A stretch of DNA of 61,992 nucleotides, counting the filler, from Blastocystis sp. subtype 4 (lineage: Eukaryota): assembly GCF_000743755.1 (NCBI RefSeq). It is 3 parts of 3 records of this genome, joined end to end, with 100 filler letters (N's around TTAATTAATTAA, not from the genome) between each part and the next. Parts side by side here need not be neighbours in the genome. Positions count along the whole stretch, not along the records: positions 41,502 to 61,992 come from NW_014569350.1; 2 more parts are not named here. One strand, given 5' to 3'. The notes under the pieces are model-generated. The model was not told the origin of the DNA, made no database searches, and was given only the letters and a program-made list of their open reading frames with translations. Numbering within the stretch: position 1 is the stretch's first letter; each line of letters starts with the position of its first letter. The translations under genes were made by a program, and so were the position numbers. Positions 52,397 through 61,992 of the stretch are shown here, piece by piece.

Positions 52397-53227
52397 ATGG
52401 GGCAGAACACAAGTAGTGCTGAAAAGCCTGGAACCGATGCTCTCGTCCTGACCCCCAATATGTCACCAAAATCGTAAAAATCATAGTTTAAGAGTAACCG
52501 AATAGACCTCATTACGTTCCTTCGGAAATGGGTATGGATTCGCTGTACTCATTCTCACATTTGTAGATGATACAGAAGGAAAGATGCCAGTAGTGTTAAA
52601 ATATAAAGGAGCTGGAAAGGATGTTGCTATCGCTGCATCTTTCCTCAACAACTGGAAAGATAAAGTAGTCTCTTAAACTGTTATTGTAAGTGTGTAGATT
52701 AAATTGCACCGAAGTGGGAACGATTTGTACACAATCCAGATGATACCAAAAAAGGGGGATCATCACTACAAATTCTACGTAGATGGAGAGTGGAGGACTG
52801 ATTCATCACAGCCAACAGTGGAAGAAGATGGATTTCGAAATAACATGATTAATCTTGAAAACTTTGTGACATATGACATGGAAGAGAAGCAGGAAGAAAT
52901 TCGAGCAAAAGAAGAAATTGAAGCCAAATATAAGGTCCTCAAACAACCCCCTTCATACGATACTTTTACGGGAGAGCCTCCGATCCTTCCTCCCTATCTT
53001 CGCCAAATCATTCTGAACAAGGTTGGGTTATGAGTGATCATTAATTGTCGTAGCCTTCTGTTAATGGCATTGCAACACACTTAGAGACTCCGAACCATGT
53101 CTCGGTAAATCATTTGTTTTGTAGGTCCCTTGAGAATGGAATGGTTATCACGGCTTCTACAACCCGTTATCAGGAGAAGTTTGTGACAACACTTTATTAC
53201 AATTATAATCCAAAGAAGAAAGATTAG
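52397..53227 (+). CDS. AMPK/SNF1 beta subunit, multi-exon
   Basis: MGQNTS myristoylation start; CBM48 HHYKFYVDGEW; EPPILPPYLRQIILN; PNHVSVNHL; TRYQEKFVTTLYY. Confidence 0.95.
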
Positions 53228-53240
53228 TTCTTGTCCTTGT

Positions 53241-55042
53241 TTATAACAAAACAGAATACTTTGTAGGATTATCTTTATCTTGACTAGAAGAGAAAGCAGA
53301 TAAGGTATAGCGTGATATTCGGGATAATAATGGCAAACCATAATCCCAAACATATGACACACCCTTTTCAACACCTTCAGCAATCGAATTCCCAGCTTTC
53401 ACAATATGAGAAGTAATTGAATCATCTCCGGATGTGGTATGTTGGAGATGTTGACATCGGATTTGATCAGCCAGTTTTAATACTTCTTCTGTTGGAGGCA
53501 TTGGATAATTCTGTAGCAACTGAACATCTTGAGCGAAATCCCCTTCACAGAGAAGATTCTCAACATGTTGGATCAGAGCTGTTCCAATGCAATGAGCAAA
53601 CTGAAATCTTTTAGGGTCAGCAAGAATAGAATCCCAAACACGAAGTGTTTCTGTAATGGGGAATTCTCGTGCAAATAGAGTTGTCATCCATCGAACTGCA
53701 AAGAATTGAGTTTGGATACCGAGTTCCTTCTAGAATAAGAACGAAATCAAGGGATTACGAGACGAGCCAAGGAGCGAGGAACATGCATTTCTAAATACGT
53801 TTCAAATTGGAGCAAAATCCCCTCCCTATAAATTAATCAAGCATGGTGAATCAACAAGCCAGTTGACGTACTATCCATCTGTCGAATGAATAGATCACGA
53901 GTCTCAGACATCAAGATATTAAAGGCAAAGAAGGAATCTGATTCGACAGAGAGAGACACAGCGTGCTCCATCTAACATTCACACACCCAATGAATTATTA
54001 CCGAAGGATCTTCTGCTTGAGCAAATGCATAGAGAATGGGGGCGAGCAACTCGTTCATTCCCTGAACATATTCAACACTTTGATTCAACTTACCAAAAAT
54101 ATAAAGGATTCTAGCCATGATCGCTTTGTTGGTCACAAAGAATGCAATTTCACTATAGGTACGTTCACAATCTTTCCATATGATATCCCTCAATTCGGTA
54201 TCACCAAAATCACGGGACCACTGACTTTCATTTGTTACCAAATGCTCATAATCACTATTTGGCTTATTTTGTTTCCATGTTACATCTAATGGATTCGGAA
54301 CATCCCAAGAATTTGGTTTTCCACACTGTGAGTTTCGATCGATAATAAACTCTCGAACGAATTCCGAATACATGGATACATTTTTAGTTGTTTCTTCTTC
54401 CCATAGCGATGGTTTAAGGGAATATGTATTGAGAAGCACTTTCCAAAGAGAAGCGCGGGTTTTGGCATCAGGAAGACCATTATATGCATATTCACGAAGA
54501 TCACAGATAAAAAGATCCCCTCCATTGTACAGAGGAGTTATTGCCTTTTCCTTTGAAGTCAACCCATGATGATCGAGTAGTGAAGATGATGCATCCTTGG
54601 TAGTCAAATCATATTCTCGCATCGGCAGAAAGTCCTATTATTCAACCAATGCATCTTCATGTACATCTCTTGTATGCCAGAAATCGTCCCTTACCAGTCC
54701 AATTCTTGCTAGTATAGAACCAGAATTCATCTGTGGTTTTCCAAACACAACAATCGTTGGATGCTTTGCCTCCCTTAAAACACGTTTTACGTTATCCTTA
54801 TCCATAGCTGTGACGTCTGTGCCATTTACAGATATAATATAGTAGCCAATCTCGATACAGGCCGCATTCTATTAATAAAACTAAGCAAATTGATTATTCA
54901 CATATATAGGATAATAAGAGTCACCGTTTTGTGAGAAACCTGATACAATGACGCTCCCACTATCTGTTTCTCCAACGCGGAATCCAAGAGGTCCATCTCC
55001 AAATTTGACCTTTATCAAATTATCTCCATATAATTTGAGCAT
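53241..55042 (-). CDS. PDZ domain plus TBC Rab-GAP (TBC1D13-like), multi-exon
   Basis: PDZ: GPLGFRV...IEIGYYIISVNG. TBC: IWKDCERT, YVQGMNELLAP, RWMTTLFAREF, LRVWD. Confidence 0.85.
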
Positions 55043-55175
55043 TTCTATGACGAAGAGGATTCGTACTTTACGCCAACTGTGTTCTTTTCCGAAAGAGTTT
55101 CAATCCACACAATCAGGAGTTACAGATTTGTTGCAATACTTTTAGCTAGAAATAAGCACAAAACCCTTTTTGCAG

Positions 55176-56454
55176 ATGTCTCAGGAGTGATTCTTTTGAT
55201 CTATCTTAACTCTAGAAAGTGGGGAGAATTCACTCGAAGCACTTCCAAGCTCATCACCTTCAATGTTCCAACAGCTCCATTAACACAACAGAAAGCGGCT
55301 CTATTTGATATGGATTCTACATTGATTAAATACTCCAAAAATATCCTAGTAAGGAGGTTTCTGGAGTCGATCTTAATTGAAACCGTATGAAAGCGTAGCT
55401 CTGGAATATCCAAATGTCCCTGAGAAATTAAGAGAATTTAAGGAAGCAGGATATGCGCTTTTCATTGTTTCTAATCAAGCCAATCTGGCAAACAAAAAGA
55501 TCACTCTGGAGACGCTAAAGAAGAAGATTGAAAAAGTTTCTGCATTACTGGGTGTGGATGCAGTGTTTCTTCTTGCTGGATACTATGACATTTTCCGCAA
55601 ACCTTCGTTTGGATCGTTTGAATATATCCAAAGTTTAATGAAAATACCGCTTACCCAAGACAATTGCTTCTATTGTGGGGATATGACTGGATGTAGGATC
55701 GGTATACGTCGTAAATCCTAGTGAATGGTTCCAAGTGGACGAGTGATGGTAACTTTGCACGGAACTGTGGAATCACTCTGTATCACCCAAAGGTTCTATT
55801 TCAGTCCAAGACACTCTTACCAGCTGAGTCTACTCCATATCCCCAACTCACTTTTGACCCTGCAAGTCTTCGGAAGAATCGTGTGACTTGAAACCGTCGT
55901 TGAATCCTAGAGAATGTGGACCTGAAATCTTTGGTTCATTCTTCCAACCTCCTTGAGATCGTTCTTTTGGTCGGTCCTCCTGCATCCGGGAAATCAACTG
56001 TATGTGATTCACTCTTTCCAGAATATGTTCGAATAAACCAAGATACATTAAAGACAATTGCAAAATGTATAAAAGCAGCAACAACATCTTTGAAGAGTGG
56101 GCATTCGGTGATTGTGGATAATACAAATGGAAGCAAAGGAGTACTCTCTCTGAGTTCTATTAAGTATAGACACGTGAGAAATGGATAAAACTGGCTAAAA
56201 GCTTCTCGATTCCAATTCGAGCAGTTGTTGTAGATGTTTCAAAAGAACTTTCTCTTCATTTGAATGCATATCGTTCATTCGGATTTGGTGCTGATACACA
56301 TCATGTCCCTGCAGTGGCGATCAACATGTTTTTCAGCAAATTTGAAGTTCCAAAGGAAGCAGAAGGCTTCCAAAGTGTCCATCTCATTCCATTTGTACCG
56401 CACAAGTTTGATTCACAAGAAGAAGAAAAGTATTTCTACTCGATCACCTACTAG
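55176..56454 (+). CDS. PNKP: Bifunctional polynucleotide phosphatase/kinase, multi-exon
   Basis: HAD motifs FDMDSTLI, SNQ, FRKP, FYCGD; kinase motifs GPPASGKST, INQDTL, VDNTN. Confidence 0.93.
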
Positions 56455-56555
56455 ATGTGGGATTATACTTTTTAGAACATCCTTTGATAACATGTTTTCT
56501 TATAGAATGAACTCCGAAAATCGAAACTATTTTTGTCTAGTTTGAAAAACAAATA

Positions 56556-57408
56556 ATGAATTCTAAGGCACCTAGGAAGAAGGTACCGGTGAAAACAATC
56601 TTTCACCATGTTATCCGTGCCAAATTGTATGCTATTCTCACGATGAATGCCATGGAAGGCATGATGTTGGAAATGGATCATCTCGTACCATCAGATCTGA
56701 GTAATTGTTAATTGGATGCTAGTTGTAACATTCTAGGTAACTTTGACATCTTTGATGAGCGCTGGAGAAGATATCAACGAGGTATTTTGTTTCCGACAAG
56801 TCATGGGGATTATCTCGATCGTGCAGTGAAAAGTCTTGCAAAGGAACTGGACGTCCCCGTAAATGTTGAGTTGTTGAATGCTCAAGCTGTGAAGGTAGAT
56901 CTTTGATTTCCTGGATCAACTTTAGAAAGTAATTATGTCCCTTGCGAGAGGAGCTAGTGAGCGAGAACGAGAAGAGATATCGGAATGGTTAAACGAGAAC
57001 AATGAGTTCATCGTGAAATCTCCACGATATGAGCAACTGATTGACCACGCTTGTATGTTCTTCTATAAGAAGTCTTCAAGTCAAGTCAGCGAGGATACAC
57101 TAAATTTCATACGGAGATCTGCAAATGAACTTCTCCGCAACAAGGCATCAAAGGAAGCAATGCGAAAGCGTCTCTGTATTGAAGAAGATGATGAAGCCGC
57201 TGTAGAGAAGGTGATTCGTGATAATGAAATGATGCCTAAAGATTTTGATATGGATGATGAGCCTAAGGATAGTGCAAGTAGTGATGAAGAATTAATTCTG
57301 GGAAAGAATGAGTTTTTGGATATGGTGAAGCGAGAAAAATCGGATTATGATAATGCAAATGGATATCAAGAAAAGCGTCCAAGGGAGAATTCTTCTATGC
57401 AACTGTAA
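56556..57408 (+). CDS. Hypothetical protein, multi-exon
   Basis: Chained ORFs with ~30-nt GT-AG introns; acidic C-terminus. Confidence 0.55.
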
Positions 57409-57441
57409 ACTGCCTTTTTCGTTGTATTTGTTACAAACTTG

Positions 57442-58809
57442 TTATGTTAGAGAATCCATTATCATGGGTGCAAGACCCTTGCGACTGATTGGTGTGTCAG
57501 TAGTCCAGAAATGAGGCCCTAATTCTTTCAAATGGAATTTTGCTTTCAACAGAGTTTCCGTATAATTCAGTTTGTCCTCTAAGTTCTTTCTAGGGAGATA
57601 GAAAGCAATTTCTCGCTTAGGCGTTCCTTTGGAGAGTACTGAGGAGAAAATAAAAACGTCTAACTTATTCTCCCTGCAATATTCTAATATGCAAAAGAAC
57701 AACATTTATACTGTCCAATTCTTCAGGATAGGATTCCTTCTTCATGTACAATGATAGATCGATCAGAACTGCACTCCATCCGATCTGAATCCCATTTCGC
57801 TGATATACCTTGTAGTCATATTCAAATGCCTCTCGAATGGACATTGATTTCCATAACGTAGGATCATACTTGCTATTAAATAACCGTTTGTACAACGATT
57901 CTATGTTAACAATCGCATGATATTCCATACCCTGATCAATAGAGACAAAAGACTGTAACCAGTGGACAATACTGATGTCTTGTAGGGTGGTTTTATTAAC
58001 GGTTGGACTGAGATTCAATGTGTCTAATAGAATGACACCTTCTAAGAGAGAAGCAAGGACAGGATGTTGAGGTGTGACTGAACACTGACGCAATTTCTCA
58101 GCAATCAAAGTACAGCAAGAACCAACACCTCGCTCTAAGGTCTTAAGGAAGTAGCAGCTATACCAATTGTCGGGTCGTATGAAATAGTTCTCATACTTCC
58201 CGTAACGTGAGGATAACGTCCCTCGTCCTTACGATGATCGATGATCTCAACGACTCTCTGAATAAATTCAAAAATATGATAAAAACATCCTCAAAACCAC
58301 AGAATTCTGGAGAGAGAGTGTTATGGTCAACGAGATGAAGAGAAACTCTCTCTCTCGCCAGTTTCAGCTCGCTCACACATTCACCCACTGTCAGTAAAGA
58401 GGAATGGTCAATACCAGCAAGTCGGAATAACTCACTAATCTCGTTCCTCAAACGCATTTTTTCTTTTGAAATGTATACCAGTGGAATAGATCGACGATTT
58501 ACATCAGTACATTGCTACAGATAACGTGTATCACAAAGTACGACTGTATAAAGTATATATGAATATACAACACTTGAGACAATACTATCAGCATCTGATG
58601 CCTAGAGTATGAGAAGTAATTACCTATATGACTTGATTCCCAACAACAACATCGAGGACCTGTTTGGAATTCCGGACCCACTGAGATAATACCGAAGTGG
58701 ATCCTCTCAGAAATGATGACAACTCCATCATAGAAAATGAATTCAAAATGGGAAGTGGAACGTCTAGAATCCAAAGTGTGTTTTCAAAAAGTAATTGGAA
58801 TAAGTCCAT
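57442..58809 (-). CDS. DHH-family exopolyphosphatase (prune/PPX1-like); start may be 58731
   Basis: VVGNQ|ASDADS, LVDHN, IIDH, GVGSCCTLIAE, ILLDT, YDYK, ISRK. Confidence 0.88.
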
Positions 58810-58984
58810 GGAACATTCCTCTCTCGATTGACAGTCTTCTTCTCGTTATCTCCCAATCAATCAACGAAAAAGAAGATTAATTAAAAAGTAGATTCTACCT
58901 GACTGGAAGAATAATGGCTGATTTTTGGCAATAGGAGACAGTAATACTGGCCATTTCGGTCAGTTAACAGATAATCAAATTATC

Positions 58985-61846
58985 ATGTCTGCTAACTTAG
59001 GAAATACAATAAGTATTGACCTGGGTACAACCTTTTCAACAGGATGCTATCTGGATGACTCTGGCAAACTCAGTGTAATTGAGGATCCAAATGGTATTCG
59101 CTACATTCCCTCCGTTGTTACATTTGGTAGTACTACTATTGTTGGAGAACCTGCTGCAGCTTACAAGCGTGTTGGGAAATCGTCGACCTTTTATGAGTCT
59201 AAAAGACTTTTGGCAAAAGAGTTCAAGGATCCGGAGGTACAAGAGTTAGCAAAGTACTGGCCGTTCACAATTGTCGAAGGAGAAAAGAAGAGAGCTGGCT
59301 ATGATGCTGTTATCAAGGGAGAAAAAAGAATCTTGTATCCTGAAGAAGTATCAGCTCAAATCATCAAGTATTTCTGTGATTTGGTCGAAAAGAAAACAAA
59401 TCGGAAAATCGAGTATGTGGTGATAACTGTTCCGGCCTTTTTTGACTCAAATCAGAGAACTGCAACGATGCAAGCTGCTGCAATTGCTGGACGTAAATGC
59501 ATCGTTGTGATTGACGAACCGACAGCAGCTGCCGTAGATTTCTCTGTTGAAAATGATCTTGAAAATAAAACGCTAGTAGTGTACGATCTTGGAGGTGGTA
59601 CTTTTGATGTCTCTGTAATGGCAATCAAGGAAAAGGAATATCGACCTATCTGTATTAACGGTGATTCTGGTCTTGGAGGAGCCAACTTTACGAATCTTAT
59701 ATATGACATTATTGTGGAACAGATCCGAACAGACTTACAAGAGCCGGATCGAACCTTTTCACGGAAGGAGCAGGCTCGAATTCAAAATGCAAGTGAAGAA
59801 ACGAAGATTGCCTTATCGACGACTGACTCTCATGAAGTGAATATCGAGTTAGATGATAATGATTTGACGCTTTGTATCACACGTGTTCAATTTGAGGACA
59901 AGATACGTCCACTGATCCAAAGGACCGTTGATATCACAAAAGCATGTGTAAATGAAGCAGGGTTACCTCACTTAGATTATGTTGCCATGATTGGCGGGTC
60001 TACGACAATTCCCCTGATCAAGGACATGTTGGCAACGGCATTCCCACTAGCAAGTGTGAAGCATACAGGAGATGTACGTGCTGCTGTGGCACGAGGTGCT
60101 TTTATGCGAATGGTTGAGTTTGTTAATTGTCGTGTGGGTCCTGGAGATCACATTGTTTCTGAGAACGCAGAGGGTATACTAGGTCCTGAGCGTACAAGTG
60201 GAATGGTTGTTCCTGAGCGTACGAGTGGCATGGTTGTCCCTGAACGTGCAAGTGGTATGGTTGTTCCTGAACGTATGAGTGGTATGGTTGTTCCTGAACG
60301 TGCAAGTGGCATGATTGTTCCTGAACGTATGAGTGGAATGGTTGTTCCTGAACGTATGAGTGGAATGGTTGTTCCTGAACGTATGAGTGGAATGGTTGTT
60401 CCTGAGGAGCGAGAAGGTGGTGTAGAAAAAGAACCAGTTCCTGAACGTCGAGGTGGAATGGTAGTACCTGAGGATATAGAGGATGGTATAGAACCTGTGA
60501 TATCGGAGAGTGGTGTAGTTCCTGTGAAACCAGTGAGTGACGTAGAACGTGAACATTATCCTAAAGGTAGTGGTATGGTAGTACCTGAGAAACCTGAGAG
60601 TGGTGTAGTACCTGTGAGACAAGATGGTATAGAGAAAGTACCAACTAATGTACGTGGCAGTGGTATGGTAGTACCTGAAAGACCTGAGAGTGGTGTAGCA
60701 CCTGAAAGGCCTGAGAGTGGTGTAACACCTGAAAGACCTGAGAGTAGGGTAACACCTGAAAGGCCTGAGAGTGGTGTAGCACCTGAAAGACCTGAGAGTG
60801 GGGTAGCACCTGATGTACCTCCAAATGAAGACTCTTCCGGCTCTTGTGAACCACCAGTAGTACCAAATGAACCCTGCCCTCCTCCAATCTGTTGTGATCC
60901 CTCTCCTCCTAGTGAGCTTACGGAATCAGATTTACATTACTCTATTATTCCTCCTTCTCTGGTTCCTGAACGTCGTAGTATTCCTTATTATTCCTCTGGT
61001 GCACGTGCAAGTGAACCGGAGTTTCCTAGATCTTCTGTTGAAAGTGCTATTGAACTTCCTCCTCCAATTGCGCTTCTCCCAAAAACATCGACATCATTTG
61101 TTCCTGTATCTTCAAGTGTGTATTGTGTTCCAGAGCCTCCTGCACCTCAAGGACTTTCTGTTCCATTTCCAGATCTTCCTCTTTCTCCAATGTTTCCGTC
61201 GAATCCCCCAGTGATTGGTGTGTTAGGACTGGATGTAGGTATTAAGGTACGAAATGGAACTATGGATGTGATTATTCCCCGAGGAAAAGAGTTGCCAGTA
61301 GATGGTGAGAGAGTGTATGTATGCGACCAAAAGAAGCCAGTAAAGATTATTCTCTATCAAGGTAATCGAGTTATTGCAACAGAGAATCAGCGTATTGGTT
61401 CTGTCTATATCAATATGCAAGGTACCACAGTAAGTGCAAAAGGACGCTTATACATACGTGTATGTGTGGACCATCAGAATATGGTCAAAGTCTACATTAA
61501 GTACCATAAGAAAGAAGAATGGACAGAACTGAAGGAATTGAATCAAGGATTACTGTGGAATGATGAACAGATTGATCGAATGAGAGAGGAGGCAAGGAAA
61601 TTAGAGGTCTTAGATATGAAGTACAAGGAATGGACTGAGCTGAAGATCCAATTCGAGCAATTACTCAATATGTACAAAACGCATGGAGATAGAGATATCT
61701 ATGATCCATCAAAGTGCGACCAATGGGAAGCATGGATGAATGCTCATTCAGAACCTCCAAAGAATTGGATCATTACTGACGACATGATTAGTGAGTGGAC
61801 GTTGGCTATCGAAGATATCGGAGCTGCTTTGGAGAAGTTCTTCTGA
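58985..61846 (+). CDS. Divergent intronless Hsp70-family protein with a long repetitive insert between NBD and SBD
   Basis: IDLGTTFS, VITVPAFF, IDEPTAAA, DLGGGTFDVS, IGGSTTIP; SBD-like IIPRGKELP...LYQGNR. Confidence 0.9.
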   Translation: MSANLGNTISIDLGTTFSTGCYLDDSGKLSVIEDPNGIRYIPSVVTFGSTTIVGEPAAAYKRVGKSSTFYESKRLLAKEFKDPEVQELAKYWPFTIVEGEKKRAGYDAVIKGEKRILYPEEVSAQIIKYFCDLVEKKTNRKIEYVVITVPAFFDSNQRTATMQAAAIAGRKCIVVIDEPTAAAVDFSVENDLENKTLVVYDLGGGTFDVSVMAIKEKEYRPICINGDSGLGGANFTNLIYDIIVEQIRTDLQEPDRTFSRKEQARIQNASEETKIALSTTDSHEVNIELDDNDLTLCITRVQFEDKIRPLIQRTVDITKACVNEAGLPHLDYVAMIGGSTTIPLIKDMLATAFPLASVKHTGDVRAAVARGAFMRMVEFVNCRVGPGDHIVSENAEGILGPERTSGMVVPERTSGMVVPERASGMVVPERMSGMVVPERASGMIVPERMSGMVVPERMSGMVVPERMSGMVVPEEREGGVEKEPVPERRGGMVVPEDIEDGIEPVISESGVVPVKPVSDVEREHYPKGSGMVVPEKPESGVVPVRQDGIEKVPTNVRGSGMVVPERPESGVAPERPESGVTPERPESRVTPERPESGVAPERPESGVAPDVPPNEDSSGSCEPPVVPNEPCPPPICCDPSPPSELTESDLHYSIIPPSLVPERRSIPYYSSGARASEPEFPRSSVESAIELPPPIALLPKTSTSFVPVSSSVYCVPEPPAPQGLSVPFPDLPLSPMFPSNPPVIGVLGLDVGIKVRNGTMDVIIPRGKELPVDGERVYVCDQKKPVKIILYQGNRVIATENQRIGSVYINMQGTTVSAKGRLYIRVCVDHQNMVKVYIKYHKKEEWTELKELNQGLLWNDEQIDRMREEARKLEVLDMKYKEWTELKIQFEQLLNMYKTHGDRDIYDPSKCDQWEAWMNAHSEPPKNWIITDDMISEWTLAIEDIGAALEKFF
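60185..60400 (+). repeat. 27-bp coding tandem repeat, PERxSGM(V/I)V x8
   Basis: cctga(a/g)cgt...agtgg.atg.ttgt units counted in the ORF translation. Confidence 0.95.
60674..60808 (+). repeat. 27-bp coding tandem repeat, PERPES(G/R)V(A/T) x5
   Basis: cctgaaag(a/g)cctgagagt units. Confidence 0.95.
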
Positions 61847-61992
61847 TGTAGTTCTTGTTTCTAGTGTATTCACTTTTTGTTGTCGATGCATCCTCACAAT
61901 TCTCCATTCTTTCGTTTCGATATTTGTTCATTCTATTTCTCAATGTCAGACAGTGAAAGTAGCGAATTAGTGGACAGTGAAGCTGGTCTAGA

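Noticed and set aside
43770..58809. Phosphate-signalling cluster (IPK, AMPK-beta, PNKP, prune/PPX)
   Set aside because: The genes are interspersed with unrelated ones on both strands, with no evidence of functional clustering.
60185..60808. Regular 27-bp repeats as a CRISPR-like array
   Set aside because: The repeats are contiguous, in frame, vary mostly at synonymous positions, have no unique spacers, and no cas genes are present.

Overview
Gene-dense eukaryotic DNA with about 45 protein-coding genes and no rRNA, tRNA, CRISPR array or mobile element that I could recognise. It is almost certainly Blastocystis (anaerobic gut stramenopile), probably an AT-rich subtype such as ST4. The evidence is ubiquitous ~30-nt introns, intergenic gaps often under 100 nt, and a TGTTTGTT-like element at most 3' ends. 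The window is three scaffold pieces joined by artificial N44-TTAATTAATTAA-N44 spacers (20784-20883 and 41402-41501), so gene order across the joins is not reliable. Genes are mostly housekeeping: EF1B, EAF6, SF3B3, UBTD, CHORD, U1A/U2B'', GUCD1, sirtuin, NOB1, CASP, PRP43, PDS5, ACBP, SETD9-like, RPL6, MVD, GRIP golgin, RUVBL1, IPK, RPL28, CIR1, MAP2K, AMPK-beta, TBC, PNKP, prune/PPX and an Hsp70-like gene. The main signals are RNA-processing ones. (i) At least five genes appear to get their stop codon from polyadenylation: a codon-initial T sits exactly 4 nt before TGTTTGTN. (ii) Convergent gene pairs share palindromic bidirectional 3'-end elements. (iii) There are two ~40-nt U12-type AT-AC introns. 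(iv) There are candidate GT-CG, GA-AG and GT-TG introns. Unusual protein architectures are NOB1 with an inserted CCCH zinc finger, a PDZ-TBC fusion, and an Hsp70 with a ~365-aa repeat insert at the NBD-SBD linker. All gene models and coordinates were read by eye; family calls come from remembered motifs, not database searches.
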